Assembly: GCA_963784525.1 (NCBI GenBank)
Contig: CAWART010000015.1
Coordinates: forward strand, 1,672 to 65,671
From: Candidatus Aminicenantes bacterium
GTDB lineage: Bacteria; Acidobacteriota; Aminicenantia; Aminicenantales; Saccharicenantaceae
Direction: 5' to 3'
Length of the DNA: 64,000 nt
A program made the position numbers and the translations under genes. Shown piece by piece: positions 42,744 to 53,280 of the stretch (the stretch's first letter is position 1; the number at the start of each line of letters is the position of its first letter). Below the pieces are notes generated by a model, which was not told the DNA's origin, made no database searches, and worked only from the letters and a program-made list of their open reading frames with translations.

Positions 42744-43642
42744 ACGAGGGCTTCGGGCACGGAATGGGTTGGCTCCCTGATCATCCGGATCTCCGCGACT
42801 ATACGACGGAAACGGCGGAGGTCAGGGCGATCTTCACGGGACGAAAGGGCGCGGCGCCGGGGCGGGGGCCCCGGAAGCGGGCCTCGGCGCCCCCCGCATC
42901 CGTCGACATCCGCGAGTGGTGCTCGCCCGTGGAGGACCAGGGGCGGCTCGGGTCGTGCACCGCCAACGCCGGGGTAGGGGTCATCGAGTATTACGAGAGG
43001 CGGGCTTTCGGCCGACATGTCGAGGCCTCGCGGCTCTTCCTCTACAAGGTCAGCCGGAACCTCATGAAGCTGAAGGGGGACACCGGCGCCACCCTCCGGA
43101 CGACCATGGGAGCGATGGTCCTCTTCGGCGTCCCGCCCGAGGAGCACTGGCCCTATTCCGACGCCGGAGAGGTGTTCGACCGCGAGCCGTCGGCCTTTTG
43201 CTACGCATTCGCCCAGAACTGCCAGACCATTAAATATTACCGGCACGACCCTCCGGGGAGCCCGGCGGAGCAGGTCCTCGCCCGCGTTAAATCGGGCCTC
43301 GCGGCCGGCCACCCCGCCATGTTCGGATTCACGGTCCACGATTCCATCGGGCAGGCAGACGCGACGGGCCGGATCCCCTTCCCCGGCCCGCGGGAGCGGG
43401 TCGAAGGCGGGCATGCCGTGGCCGCGGTCGGCTACGACGACGGGATGCGCATCGAGAACGCCGGGGGCGGGACGGAATCCCTCCGAACCGAGGGCGCCTT
43501 CCTCATCCGGAACTCCTGGGGCGCGGCCTGGGGCGAGAGCGGCTACGGCTGGCTGCCGTACGCCTATGTCCTCCGCGGCCTCGCCGAGGACTTCTGGAGC
43601 GTCCTCAAGAAGGAATGGATCGACACGGGCGAATTCACCTGA
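42740..43642 (+). CDS. Papain-like C1A cysteine protease
   Basis: GWLPDHPDLRD, DQGRLGSCTANA (Gln and Cys), GGHAV (His) and IRNSWG (Asn); no signal peptide. Confidence 0.93.
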   Translation: MNEGFGHGMGWLPDHPDLRDYTTETAEVRAIFTGRKGAAPGRGPRKRASAPPASVDIREWCSPVEDQGRLGSCTANAGVGVIEYYERRAFGRHVEASRLFLYKVSRNLMKLKGDTGATLRTTMGAMVLFGVPPEEHWPYSDAGEVFDREPSAFCYAFAQNCQTIKYYRHDPPGSPAEQVLARVKSGLAAGHPAMFGFTVHDSIGQADATGRIPFPGPRERVEGGHAVAAVGYDDGMRIENAGGGTESLRTEGAFLIRNSWGAAWGESGYGWLPYAYVLRGLAEDFWSVLKKEWIDTGEFT

Positions 43643-43709
43643 GCGGTCCGGCCCCGACTTTTAACTTTATTTTCCTCTTCAAATGGGTTAAAAGTTAAGA
43701 CCTGACCCC
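43643..43709. repeat. Degenerate inverted doublet of the GGGGTCAGG family
   Basis: Left gcggtccggccccgacttttaac vs reverse complement of right ggggtcaggtcttaacttttaac. It fills the whole intergenic gap between stop 43642 and ATG 43710. Confidence 0.65.
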
Positions 43710-45110
43710 ATGTCGACCGAAAAAAGGCCTCTGGTAACGGTCGTGATACCGTGCTTCAACGCGCAGGGGTATGTCGGACGCGCCCTGCGGAGCCTGTTCG
43801 ACGATTGGTCGATCAAGGCCTGCGAGTTCCTGGTCGTCGATGGCGGGAGCACGGACTTAACGCGGAAGGAGGTCGGGGACCTGATAAATCCCCCCCTACC
43901 CCCCTTTTACAAAGGGGGGTCTCCCTCTCCCCCCATACCTCCCTTTAACAAAGGGGGGATTCCTTCTCCCCCTCTACCCCCGTTTATAAAGAGGGGACAG
44001 GGGCAAGACAGTCACCACCCTTTGGAAAGGAAGCGCTGGGGACAAGTCCGTTACCCCCCTTTGGAAAGGAAAGGTCGGGAGCAGAGCCGTTATCCCCCTT
44101 TGGAAAAGAGGGGCCTGGGGCAGGACCGTTACCCCCCTGTGGAAAAGAGGTGCCTTGGGAGGGAACCGTTACCCCCCTTTGTAAAAGGGGGGCCTGGGGG
44201 GGATTTCTCTCCCGACGACGTTCTCTGGTTCGCGCCGTCGCGCGGGACCTGGGTGCGCCAGCCCCGGGAGAGCGACCGCTACGAGTGGAACCCTCCTGTC
44301 GGAGGGCGGCGGCGGCCGGTCATCCGCGTCGTCGACAATCCCTTCCGATATGATTCACGCGGCCTGAATATCGGGATCCTGGAGGCCCGGGGCGCCTATA
44401 TCGCCCGGGCGGACGCCCGGGCGACCTACGCGCCCGGCTACTTGAGGCGCTGCGTCGAGCTTCTCGAACAGAAGGAAGCCGCCAACGCGGGCGGCATCGA
44501 GGTCCCCGTGGCCGGGAAGGGGCGGCAGGGGGAAGCCGTCGCCCTGGCCCTCTGCCATCCCCTGGCCGGCCGCTCCGCGAAGTCCGGATATTCCGGATAT
44601 GCCGCGAGCGCCGAGTCAGGGACGTACCGGAGGAAGCTCTTCGACGAACTCGGCATGTTCGACGCCAAGGCGAAGGCCGACGAGGCCTTCGAAATGAACG
44701 TCCGCATCGTCCTGGCCGGACGGAAGATCTGGGTGGACGGCGGCCTGAAGGTATTCCGCGAAGTCCCGGCGACCTTCGGAGAGCTGGCCCGGTTGTATTT
44801 CCGGTATGGAAGGGGGCGCGCCCGGACGGCCAAGCGGCACGGGATGTTCACGAGCTGGCGGCAGATCGCGGCGCCTTTCCTCATCGCCATGATGGGCTTC
44901 TCCATCGTCCGAAGCTTCAAGGCCCCGTTCCATCTCCTGTTCTTCGCGGCCTACGCGGCGGCGGTGCTCGCGGCTGCCCTCGTCGGGCCCGCGACGGAAG
45001 GCTCGGATGCCGCGGGTCTCGCGACGCGCGTCGTCGCGGCCGCGGCCCTCATGACCATGCATGTGGCCTGGGGCGCCGGATTCCTCTGGGGCCTCGCGGC
45101 CGATTGGTGA
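43710..45110 (+). CDS. Glycosyltransferase family 2 (ExoA-like) carrying a large in-frame repeat insertion
   Basis: VVIPCFNA, VVDGGSTD, [insertion], VVDNP...GLNIGI..ARG, LARLYFRYGRGRA and C-terminal TMs. Confidence 0.82.
   Translation: MSTEKRPLVTVVIPCFNAQGYVGRALRSLFDDWSIKACEFLVVDGGSTDLTRKEVGDLINPPLPPFYKGGSPSPPIPPFNKGGIPSPPLPPFIKRGQGQDSHHPLERKRWGQVRYPPLERKGREQSRYPPLEKRGLGQDRYPPVEKRCLGREPLPPFVKGGPGGDFSPDDVLWFAPSRGTWVRQPRESDRYEWNPPVGGRRRPVIRVVDNPFRYDSRGLNIGILEARGAYIARADARATYAPGYLRRCVELLEQKEAANAGGIEVPVAGKGRQGEAVALALCHPLAGRSAKSGYSGYAASAESGTYRRKLFDELGMFDAKAKADEAFEMNVRIVLAGRKIWVDGGLKVFREVPATFGELARLYFRYGRGRARTAKRHGMFTSWRQIAAPFLIAMMGFSIVRSFKAPFHLLFFAAYAAAVLAAALVGPATEGSDAAGLATRVVAAAALMTMHVAWGAGFLWGLAADW
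43886..44206. repeat. 321-bp palindromic element: 8 x 39-bp units bounded by ~35-bp terminal inverted repeats
   Basis: Left end aaatcccccccta-ccccccttttacaaagggggg vs reverse complement of right end aaatcccccccaggccccccttttacaaagggggg; 13-aa periodicity in the translation. Confidence 0.9.
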
Positions 45111-45111
45111 C

Positions 45112-46208
45112 ATGGGTTCCAAAAAGAAGCGAACTCCCCGGGAGCGAACGCGGCGAACGCTCGCCGTCATCATCGCCGCGGGATTCACGGCCCTCGCCCT
45201 GTGGATAAGCCTCCGGGGCGTCGATTGGGCGGCGGTCGGCAAGGCCCTTGCCGGGGCCGACTATCTGCTCGTCGCGGCGGCCGTCGCGCTTTCTCTCTTC
45301 GGGGTCAACGTCCTCGGCTGGCGCTGGCGCATCCTGCTGTCCCCGAGGATCCGCCCGTCGCTCGGGCGGCTCTATCGTTGGAACATCCTATCGCAGTTCG
45401 CGAACATCCTCGTTCCGGCCCGGACGAACGAGCTCCTGCGTCTGGCTGACGAGCGTCGAGGGCGGGACGGAGGCCGGCTTCGCCCTGGGAACCCTCGCCG
45501 TGGAGCGGGTCTTCGATTTCGCGGTCTTCGCGGCCGCGCTGATAGCGGGCCCGCGGTTTTCGGCCTGGGGAGAGGGATCTTCCCGCCGGCCGCGGGATCT
45601 GCGGTCGGCGTCCTGGCGCTGGCGAGCCTGGCCGTGCTCGTGGGACTCGTCGTCCGGCCCGCCGTATTCCTCAGGATGGCGGAGGTCGTCTCCCGGTTCC
45701 TGCCGTCTGCCTGGCGGACCAAGGTGAACGCGTTTCTCGGGCACGCCGCCGACGCCTTCACGCCTCTCCGGGACGTCAGGGTCGCGGCGGCGGTTTCCCT
45801 CTATTCGGTGTTCATCCTCTTCCTCCAGCTCGTGATGATGGTCATCATGTTCCGCGCCTTTCACCTCGATCTCGCCTTCGGGGCCGCGCTGTTCACGACC
45901 TTCGCCCGGTCGATCGCGAACTTACCGCCCGCCGCCCCCGGCAGGATCGGTATCTTCGAAGTCTCGATCATCACCGCCCTGGCCGCTTTCGGCGTGCCCA
46001 GGAGCGAGGCGCTCGGCCTGGCGATCGTCCTTCACCTCGTCGCCCATATTCCAGGATCGCGCTGGGCGCGATATTCCTGAGCGTGGAGCCGGTCCCGCTC
46101 TTCGCGCCTTCCAGGGTCGCGAAGGAGGTCCGCGCGGCCCGGGAAGAGGACGCGGGCAAAGGCCCCCGGCCGGAGCAAGGGTCCCCCGGAGACGGGCGGA
46201 ATCCCTGA
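45112..46208 (+). CDS. YbhN / lysylphosphatidylglycerol-synthase TM (flippase-like) protein, frameshifted
   Basis: WRWRILL, FANILVPAR.NELLR, VERVFD (other frame) and PAAPGRIGIFE. Confidence 0.78.
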
Positions 46209-46262
46209 ACCGGCTTAACACGCGGAGGGATTCGTGTTATAAAACCCGGGGAAGGGGCAGAT

Positions 46263-47126
46263 ATGAACGTCGCGATCATCGGGGCCAGGGGGCAGTTGGG
46301 CCGGGAGCTGGTCAAGGTCTTCGGCCCGGGCTGTATCCCGCTCGATGTCGGGGAAGTCGACATCTGCGATCCCGTCCGCCTGCGCGATGCCCTGGGCGCC
46401 TGCCGGCCGGACGTCGTCATCAACACGGCCGCCTTCCACAACGTTCCGGAATGCGAGAGGCAGGCGGACCGGGCCTTCGCCGTCAACGCCGTCGGGGTCA
46501 AGAACCTTCGCGACGCCTGCCAGGGGATCGGGTCGGCGCTGGCCCAGATCAGCACGGATTACGTCTTCGACGGAACGAAGGGCGTCCCTTACACCGAAGA
46601 GGACTCCCCCAATCCCCTCAACACCTACGGCATCAGCAAGCTCGCCGGCGAGTAATTCGCCCGCCAGGTTCCCGGGCACCTCATCGTCCGCCTCTCGAGC
46701 CTGTTCGGGATCACGGGTTCTGTGGCCAAGGGCGGGACGAACTTCGTCAAGCTGATGCTCGAAGCCGCCCGGACGAAGGACCGGATCGCCGTCTCGTCCA
46801 ACATCGTGTCGAGCCCCACATACGCCGTCGACGCCGCGGTCCGGATCCGGGAGATCCTCGAGTCCGGAGCCCCTGCGGGCGTTTACCACGTCTCGAACGC
46901 CGGCGCCTGCAGTTGGCACGACTTCGCGGCCGAGATCTTCCGCCGGACCGGGGCCCCGATCCGGCTGGAGAAGCGCATCGAGACTCCGGAGCTCGAGGGC
47001 GGCCTGCGGCGGCCGCTCAATACGGCGCTCCGGAGCCTCCGGACACCGCCCCTCAGGACATGGCAGGAGGCCCTCTCGGACTATCTCGAGGAAGAAGGGG
47101 GCCGACTTCCGTCCCGGACGGGGTGA
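46263..47126 (+). CDS. rfbD: dTDP-4-dehydrorhamnose reductase; in-frame TAA at 46653-46655
   Basis: GARGQLG, INTAA, ISTDYVFDG and YGISKLAGE*; the same frame continues with NFVKLM...SPTY...GVYH. Confidence 0.88.
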
Positions 47127-47138
47127 GAGGGGGACGAC

Positions 47139-47357
47139 ATGCGCCTTCTGGGCGACAAAGGCGTCGACTTCCGGAAGCTCGCCGAAGTGAGCTCGGTCGG
47201 GCTCATCCTGCCCTCGTCCATCGCCGTGGGCCTTTTTTTCGGCTACATGCTCGACAAATGGCTGCACACCGCGCCGTGGATGCTGTTGATATTCCTGGTG
47301 TTGGGCGTCATTTCGGGCCTGTTGAGCCTGTACCGCGCGATGAAAAAATACATGTGA
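47139..47357 (+). CDS. AtpZ/AtpI-family protein
   Basis: Two TMs, GYMLDKWLHTAPW; first gene of the Fo cluster. Confidence 0.88.
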   Translation: MRLLGDKGVDFRKLAEVSSVGLILPSSIAVGLFFGYMLDKWLHTAPWMLLIFLVLGVISGLLSLYRAMKKYM

Positions 47358-47430
47358 GGCCCGCTTGGCCCGCCCGTCTCGCAAGTCTCGCCCTCCTGGT
47401 ATATACTATTCCCTGACGAAAGCCCTGACC

Positions 47431-47823
47431 ATGAACATACGATCCGCTCGAAGAAAAAATCCTCCGCCGGATCCCGATGGAGATCGCGGCGGCCGGGGCC
47501 GTCATGGGGCTCCTGGCCCTGCCGTTCTTCGGCGCGCCTACGGCGCTTTTCGTCTTCGCCGGGGGCGTCCTGGCCGCCCTGGGTTTCCTCGGGATGAAGG
47601 CCGCCCTGACCCGGCTCCTCGCCCGGGACCGGAAGGAGGCCGTCCGGTCCGGGGCGCTTCTTTACGCCGTCCGGCTCATCTTGATTCTGGCCGTTTTTTC
47701 TTTTATAATTTTCTTCTTTCCGCGGAGGATTCTTGCTTTCGCGGCGGGTTTTTCCGTCCTGGTGCCGGTATTTTTGGCCGAGGGCGCCTCGCCCTCCTGC
47801 GAATGAAGACATGGAAGAATTAG
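47431..47823 (+). CDS. ATP synthase subunit I-like membrane protein (frameshifted, ends approximate)
   Basis: Hydrophobic 4-TM ORF 47477..47806 between atpZ and atpB. Confidence 0.6.
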   Translation: MNIRSARRKNPPPDPDGDRGGRGRHGAPGPAVLRRAYGAFRLRRGRPGRPGFPRDEGRPDPAPRPGPEGGRPVRGASLRRPAHLDSGRFFFYNFLLSAEDSCFRGGFFRPGAGIFGRGRLALLRMKTWKN

Positions 47824-48552
47824 AGCACAGTCTGGTCCTCGTCGAGCTGTTCAACAGAGTCTTCGGGAAGCCTCTGGCGGCGCTGCTCGGGCTGTTCGGG
47901 ATCCGGGTCGCGGACCCGTCCCGGCTCGTGCCCGACTACATCGTCATGAGCCTGATCGTGGTCATCCTCCTGGCCCTCGTCTTCGGGCTCTTCCTCGGCC
48001 GCTCGACCTCGTCCCTACGACGCCAGAGCGTCCTGGAGATCATCGTCGGGCTCTTCGAAGGGCTCGTCATGGACACGATCGGCCCGGAGGGGAGGAAGTT
48101 CCTGCCCGTGATCGGGACGGTCGGGATCTTCATCTTCACTGCAACATGCTGGGGCTCGTCCCCGGACTCATGTCCCCCACCAGCAAGCTCAACGTGACGC
48201 TCGGCTGCGCCATGGTCGTCTTCGTCTACTACCATTGGCAGGGCATCAAGGCCCAGGGTGTCTTCAAGTACCTGAAGACGTTCGCCGGCCCGATCCCGGC
48301 GATGGCCCCCCTGATGTTCCCCATCGAGCTCATCAGCCACTTTTCGCGGCCCGTGTCGCTTCGATGCGTCTTTTCGGCAACATCTTCGCCGAGGACCTTC
48401 TCATCGTCATCATCGCCTCCATCATCCCGTTGGTCCTTCCCCTGCCGTTCATGGCCGTGGCCATATTCACGGCCGTGATCCAGTCCTTCGTTTTCGTCCT
48501 GCTCTCCTGCATCTACATCGCAGGAGCCGTGTCCCACGAAGGAGAACATTAA
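47811..48552 (+). CDS. atpB: ATP synthase Fo subunit a (frameshifted)
   Basis: QSVLE, GLVPGLMSPT, PIELISHFSRPVSL/MRLFGNIFA and IQSFVFVLLSCIYI. Confidence 0.9.
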
Positions 48553-48572
48553 TCCACCAAGGAGAAATCAAG

Positions 48573-48915
48573 ATCGACAAAAATTAAAGCCTTCGGACTC
48601 CTGCTTTTTTCATGGCGCTCGCGAGCGCTCCGCTCCTCGCCCAGGAAGGGACTCTCGATCGGCCGGCGAACCTGTTCAAGGTGTCCATCATCGTCGGCGG
48701 GGCCGTCATCGCCCTGGCCGTGGCCGCGGGCGCCTTCGGCCAGGCCAAGGTCATCAGCGCGGGCTGCGAAGGCATTTCCAGGAATCCCAACAGCGCCCCC
48801 CACATCCGCTTTCTGCTCTATTTTCGGGCTGGTCCTCATCGAAACGCTGGTCATCTACGCGCTCCTGATCACCATCATCATCCTCATGGTCCAGTGGGGC
48901 AAATACCGGGTCTGA
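48573..48915 (+). CDS. atpE: ATP synthase Fo subunit c (frameshifted, start uncertain)
   Basis: GAFGQAK...EGISRNP, then GLVLIETLVIYALL in another frame to TGA 48913-48915. Confidence 0.85.
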
Positions 48916-48942
48916 CGGCGCGATCGCCCGGCCAACCGCACG

Positions 48943-49793
48943 ATGATGCCGCCCTTCTTGGATCGTCGTCACGTCCGTCAAAAGGTTCAATGACGACAAG
49001 TGCTGGACCTGGGCGATCGTCATCTCCTACTTCACGTTCCTCTGCGCCGTCCCCCTGTCCCTGTTCGCCTACGTCTCGGCCAAGGTCCTGGGCAACCCCG
49101 AGATCGCGGCCCGCAGCCTGAACATCTTCTCGGAGGAGTTTTTCTCCAAAATGTCGACCGGGCTTCTTCCAGACGATTCAGGGGCTCGGCGACAGCGTCA
49201 ACCTGGGCTGGTTCGGCCTCGGCGGATCGTTCGTATCGGCGAGCTTTCTATTCTCCAACCTGATCGCCGCCATGAACCAGATCTTCCGGACGAAGTATCA
49301 CAAGTCTTTTTTCTACAACCGGCTGATGGAATACATCATCATGTTCATCATCGGCATCCTGATGTTCCTGTCGCTTCGATCACGGCGGTCTGGACGGCGC
49401 TCCAGCGGAGCCTCCGCGAGAGCGACCTCATCGCCGACTACATCAATCCCAAGGCGCTCGGCCTGATCAACAACTTTTTCATCCAGTACCTCATGCCCTA
49501 CGCCCTGACCTTCATGGTCTTTTTCACGCTCTACAAGTACATCCCCGAGGTCAAGGTCCATTCGAAGAGCGCCGCGATCGCCGCGGCCGTCGGCGCCTGT
49601 TCTGGGAGGGGTTCAAGCGGGTGTTCGTCTTCTACGTCGCCAATTTTTCGGCCATCGGCATCGTCCTCTCCAAGCTGTTGGCCGGGACGCTGACCTCGAT
49701 CATCTTCTTCCTCCTCTGGATCTCATTCTCGCTGACCATCATGCTCTGGGGCGCGGAGCTGGCCGCGGTCCTGAATGAAAGGGAGGAGCCCGA

Positions 49794-49804
<11 letters not shown>
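48943..49804 (+). CDS. YihY/BrkB-family membrane protein (multiple frameshifts)
   Basis: [21 protein letters not shown] and FLLWISFS...LWGAEL. Confidence 0.72.
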
Positions 49805-50819
<1,015 letters not shown>

Positions 50820-50830
<11 letters not shown>

Positions 50831-53139
50831 GCGGGACGGCGCCGGCAGGGCGATGCCCTTTTGTGCGTATTCGTCGGATAGCGCTGCGTTCCCCAGGCGG
50901 CTGTAAAGGTCGGCAAGGAGAAAATAGCCGAGGGGGAGCTCGGCCTTGTCCGGCTTCAGGTCGATCCCCTTCTTGACCAGCTCGACGGCTTCCTCCTAGC
51001 GCTCTCCCCGGTTGAGATAGATGCGGGCGAGGTAGAAATACGTGAGCGGGAAGCCCGGGTCGGCCTCCAGGCAGGCCTTCAGATATTCGTATTCCCTCTT
51101 CTCGTCCCCGACCTCCCGATAGAGGCGGGAGAGGTTGTACATGGATTTGAAGTGCTTGGGGGAGATCTCGAGCTCCTTCAGGTATTCGGCTTCCGCCTCC
51201 GCCGTCCGCCCCGTCTTTTCGAAGACCTGGGCCCGGTTGTAATGGGCGTTGGCGAGCTTGGGATTGAGCCGGAGGGCCTCCTCGATATGGCGCTCGGCGC
51301 CGTCGAGGTCGTCCCTGACGATGGCGATGGCGGCGAGCATGTTGTGGGAGCCCGCGGATTCCGCGTTGAGGGAGATGCACTTCTCGAAATAGGGAACGGC
51401 TTTGTCGTACTTCTTCTGGAGGAAATTCATGTTCCCGAGCATGAAGTAGAACTGGGGGTCCACGACTCCCTTGGCCATATAGTCCAGGAGGAACCGCTCG
51501 GCCTCGTCGAACGTCCCCATCCCTTCGTAGGCCAGCGTGACGTTGATGGCCGCGAACGTGTCGTCGGGCTTCCGGCCGAGGACCTGGCGGAAATAGTCGA
51601 TGGCCTCGCGGTACTTCTGCTGCTGGAAATAGATGTTGCCGATGGAGAAATACGCGTCGGTGATGTCCGGATCGGACCTGATGATGCCCCGGATGACCTC
51701 GATGGCCTCGTCCGGCTTTCCCCCCATCCCCATCTCCCGGGCCCGGGACAGCTCGTTGAAGACGACGATCTTGTCCTTGGGATCGGCCAGCTTCTTGCCC
51801 GCGAGCTTCGCCGGGTCGGTGAACGATCCGACGTAGCCGAGAGCGGAAAGCTTCTCCCGGGTCTCCTCGTCGACCTTGGACAGGTCGGTCTCATAGGCGT
51901 TCTGGCCGGACTTCCGGATGAAGGACTCGGCCTCCGCGGAAATCCTGGCGTAAACCCCCTTTCGAGGTAGACGAGATTCTTCTCTTCGCGCGGGTCCGCG
52001 GCGACGTCGTAGAGCTCGGGCACCGGGGCCAGGATGAGCTTGTATCTTTCGTCCTGGACGCTCTTGAGGTCCGACCAGCCGTAGTGGAACCGGGGATAAT
52101 AGGTCTCGCTGTAGGCCGGGCCCGGGGCCTTCCGGCGGCCGGTGAAGGCCGGGACCAGGCTATGCCCCTGGACCTCGGCCGGGACGGGCAATCCCGCCAT
52201 TTCACAGACCGTCGGCAGGACGTCGGCCAGGCTCGCCACCTCGGAGCGACGACGCCCCTGAACTTCGAAAACGGCGAGACGACGATCAGGGGGACGTGGA
52301 TGGCCCCCTGATAGATGAAGAAACCGTGGGATTGCTCGGCGTGCTCGCCGAGGCTTTCCCCGTGGTCGCCGGCGAAGACGATGACGGTGTTGCGATCGAG
52401 GCCGTTCGCCGCGAGGAGATCCCAGAGCCGGCGGAGCTGGGAATCGGCGAAGGCGATCTCGCCGAGATACGGGTGGTCGGCGTACAGCTTGTCATAGGGA
52501 GGAGGCGGGTCGTAGGGCGAATGGGGGTCGTAGAGATGGATCCAGGCAAAGAACTTCCCGCCCTTGTTCTTCTCGAGCCAGGGGAGCGCCTCGGCCATGA
52601 CCTCGTTGGCCGGCCGCTGGACCGTCCCCAGGGATATCCTCTTGAACTTTCCCAGGTCGAACTTGTCGAAGTACGTGTCGAACCCCTGGTCGAGGCCCCA
52701 CTTGGAATCCAGGACATAGGCGGCGATGAAGGCCCCGGTCGCGTAGCCCTTATCCTTGAAAAGCTCGGCCATCGTCTTCAGCTGGGACGGGACGACGAAT
52801 CCCCCGTTGTCCCGGACGCCATGGAAAGCGGGAGCGTGCCGGTCATGAGCGTCGTGTGGGACGGGAGGGTCAGAGGCGTCTGGGCGTAACAGCGCTCGAA
52901 GCGGACCCCGCGTTTGGCGAAAAGGTCGATCGTCGGGGTCTCGATGCTCTGAAAGCCGTAACAGCCGAGCCTGTCGGCTCGGGTCGTGTCCAGCGTGACG
53001 AGGATGACGTTGAGGTCCCGGCCGCCCCGGAGCCGGGCGAGATCCGGCCCGCCGCGGGAAAGGGCAGATAGCCTCCGACGGCGGCGACGGCCAGCGCAAC
53101 GGCCGCCGCCGCGATGATGAACCAGCGCTTTGCTTTCAT
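50820..53139 (-). CDS. Alkaline-phosphatase-superfamily sulfatase-like protein with C-terminal TPR repeats (frameshifts; internal TAG at 50996)
   Basis: [40 protein letters not shown] and [10 protein letters not shown]; TPR block in ORF 50996..51733. The 3' end is approximate. Confidence 0.85.
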
Positions 53140-53204
53140 GGGAAACGATGGATTTTATCACAGAACGGGCCCGGCGTCTCGAGAGCGCATGCCGGGCGCC
53201 CCGT

Positions 53205-53245
53205 AAAAAAAGGGGGGCGGCGGGCCGTTCCCGGCCCCCGCCCCC
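53205..53245 (-). terminator. Rho-independent terminator after the TonB receptor gene
   Basis: GC-rich hairpin followed by T7 on the minus strand (plus strand aaaaaaa-ggggggcggcgggccg-ttcc-cggcccccgccccc). Confidence 0.8.
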
Positions 53246-53280
53246 GTCTCGTCCTTCAGAATTCTCCGGTATGCCGTCTC

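Noticed and set aside
43886-44206. CRISPR array
   Set aside because: Units are 39 bp with short, mutually related linkers, the repeats are degenerate, the array has TIRs and lies in frame within a gene, and no cas genes are in the window.
46653-46655. In-frame TAA in rfbD (and TAG at 50996-50998 in the TPR gene) as stop-codon recoding
   Set aside because: Both are one substitution from Tyr codons, TAA and TAG terminate other genes normally here, and no recoding signal is visible.
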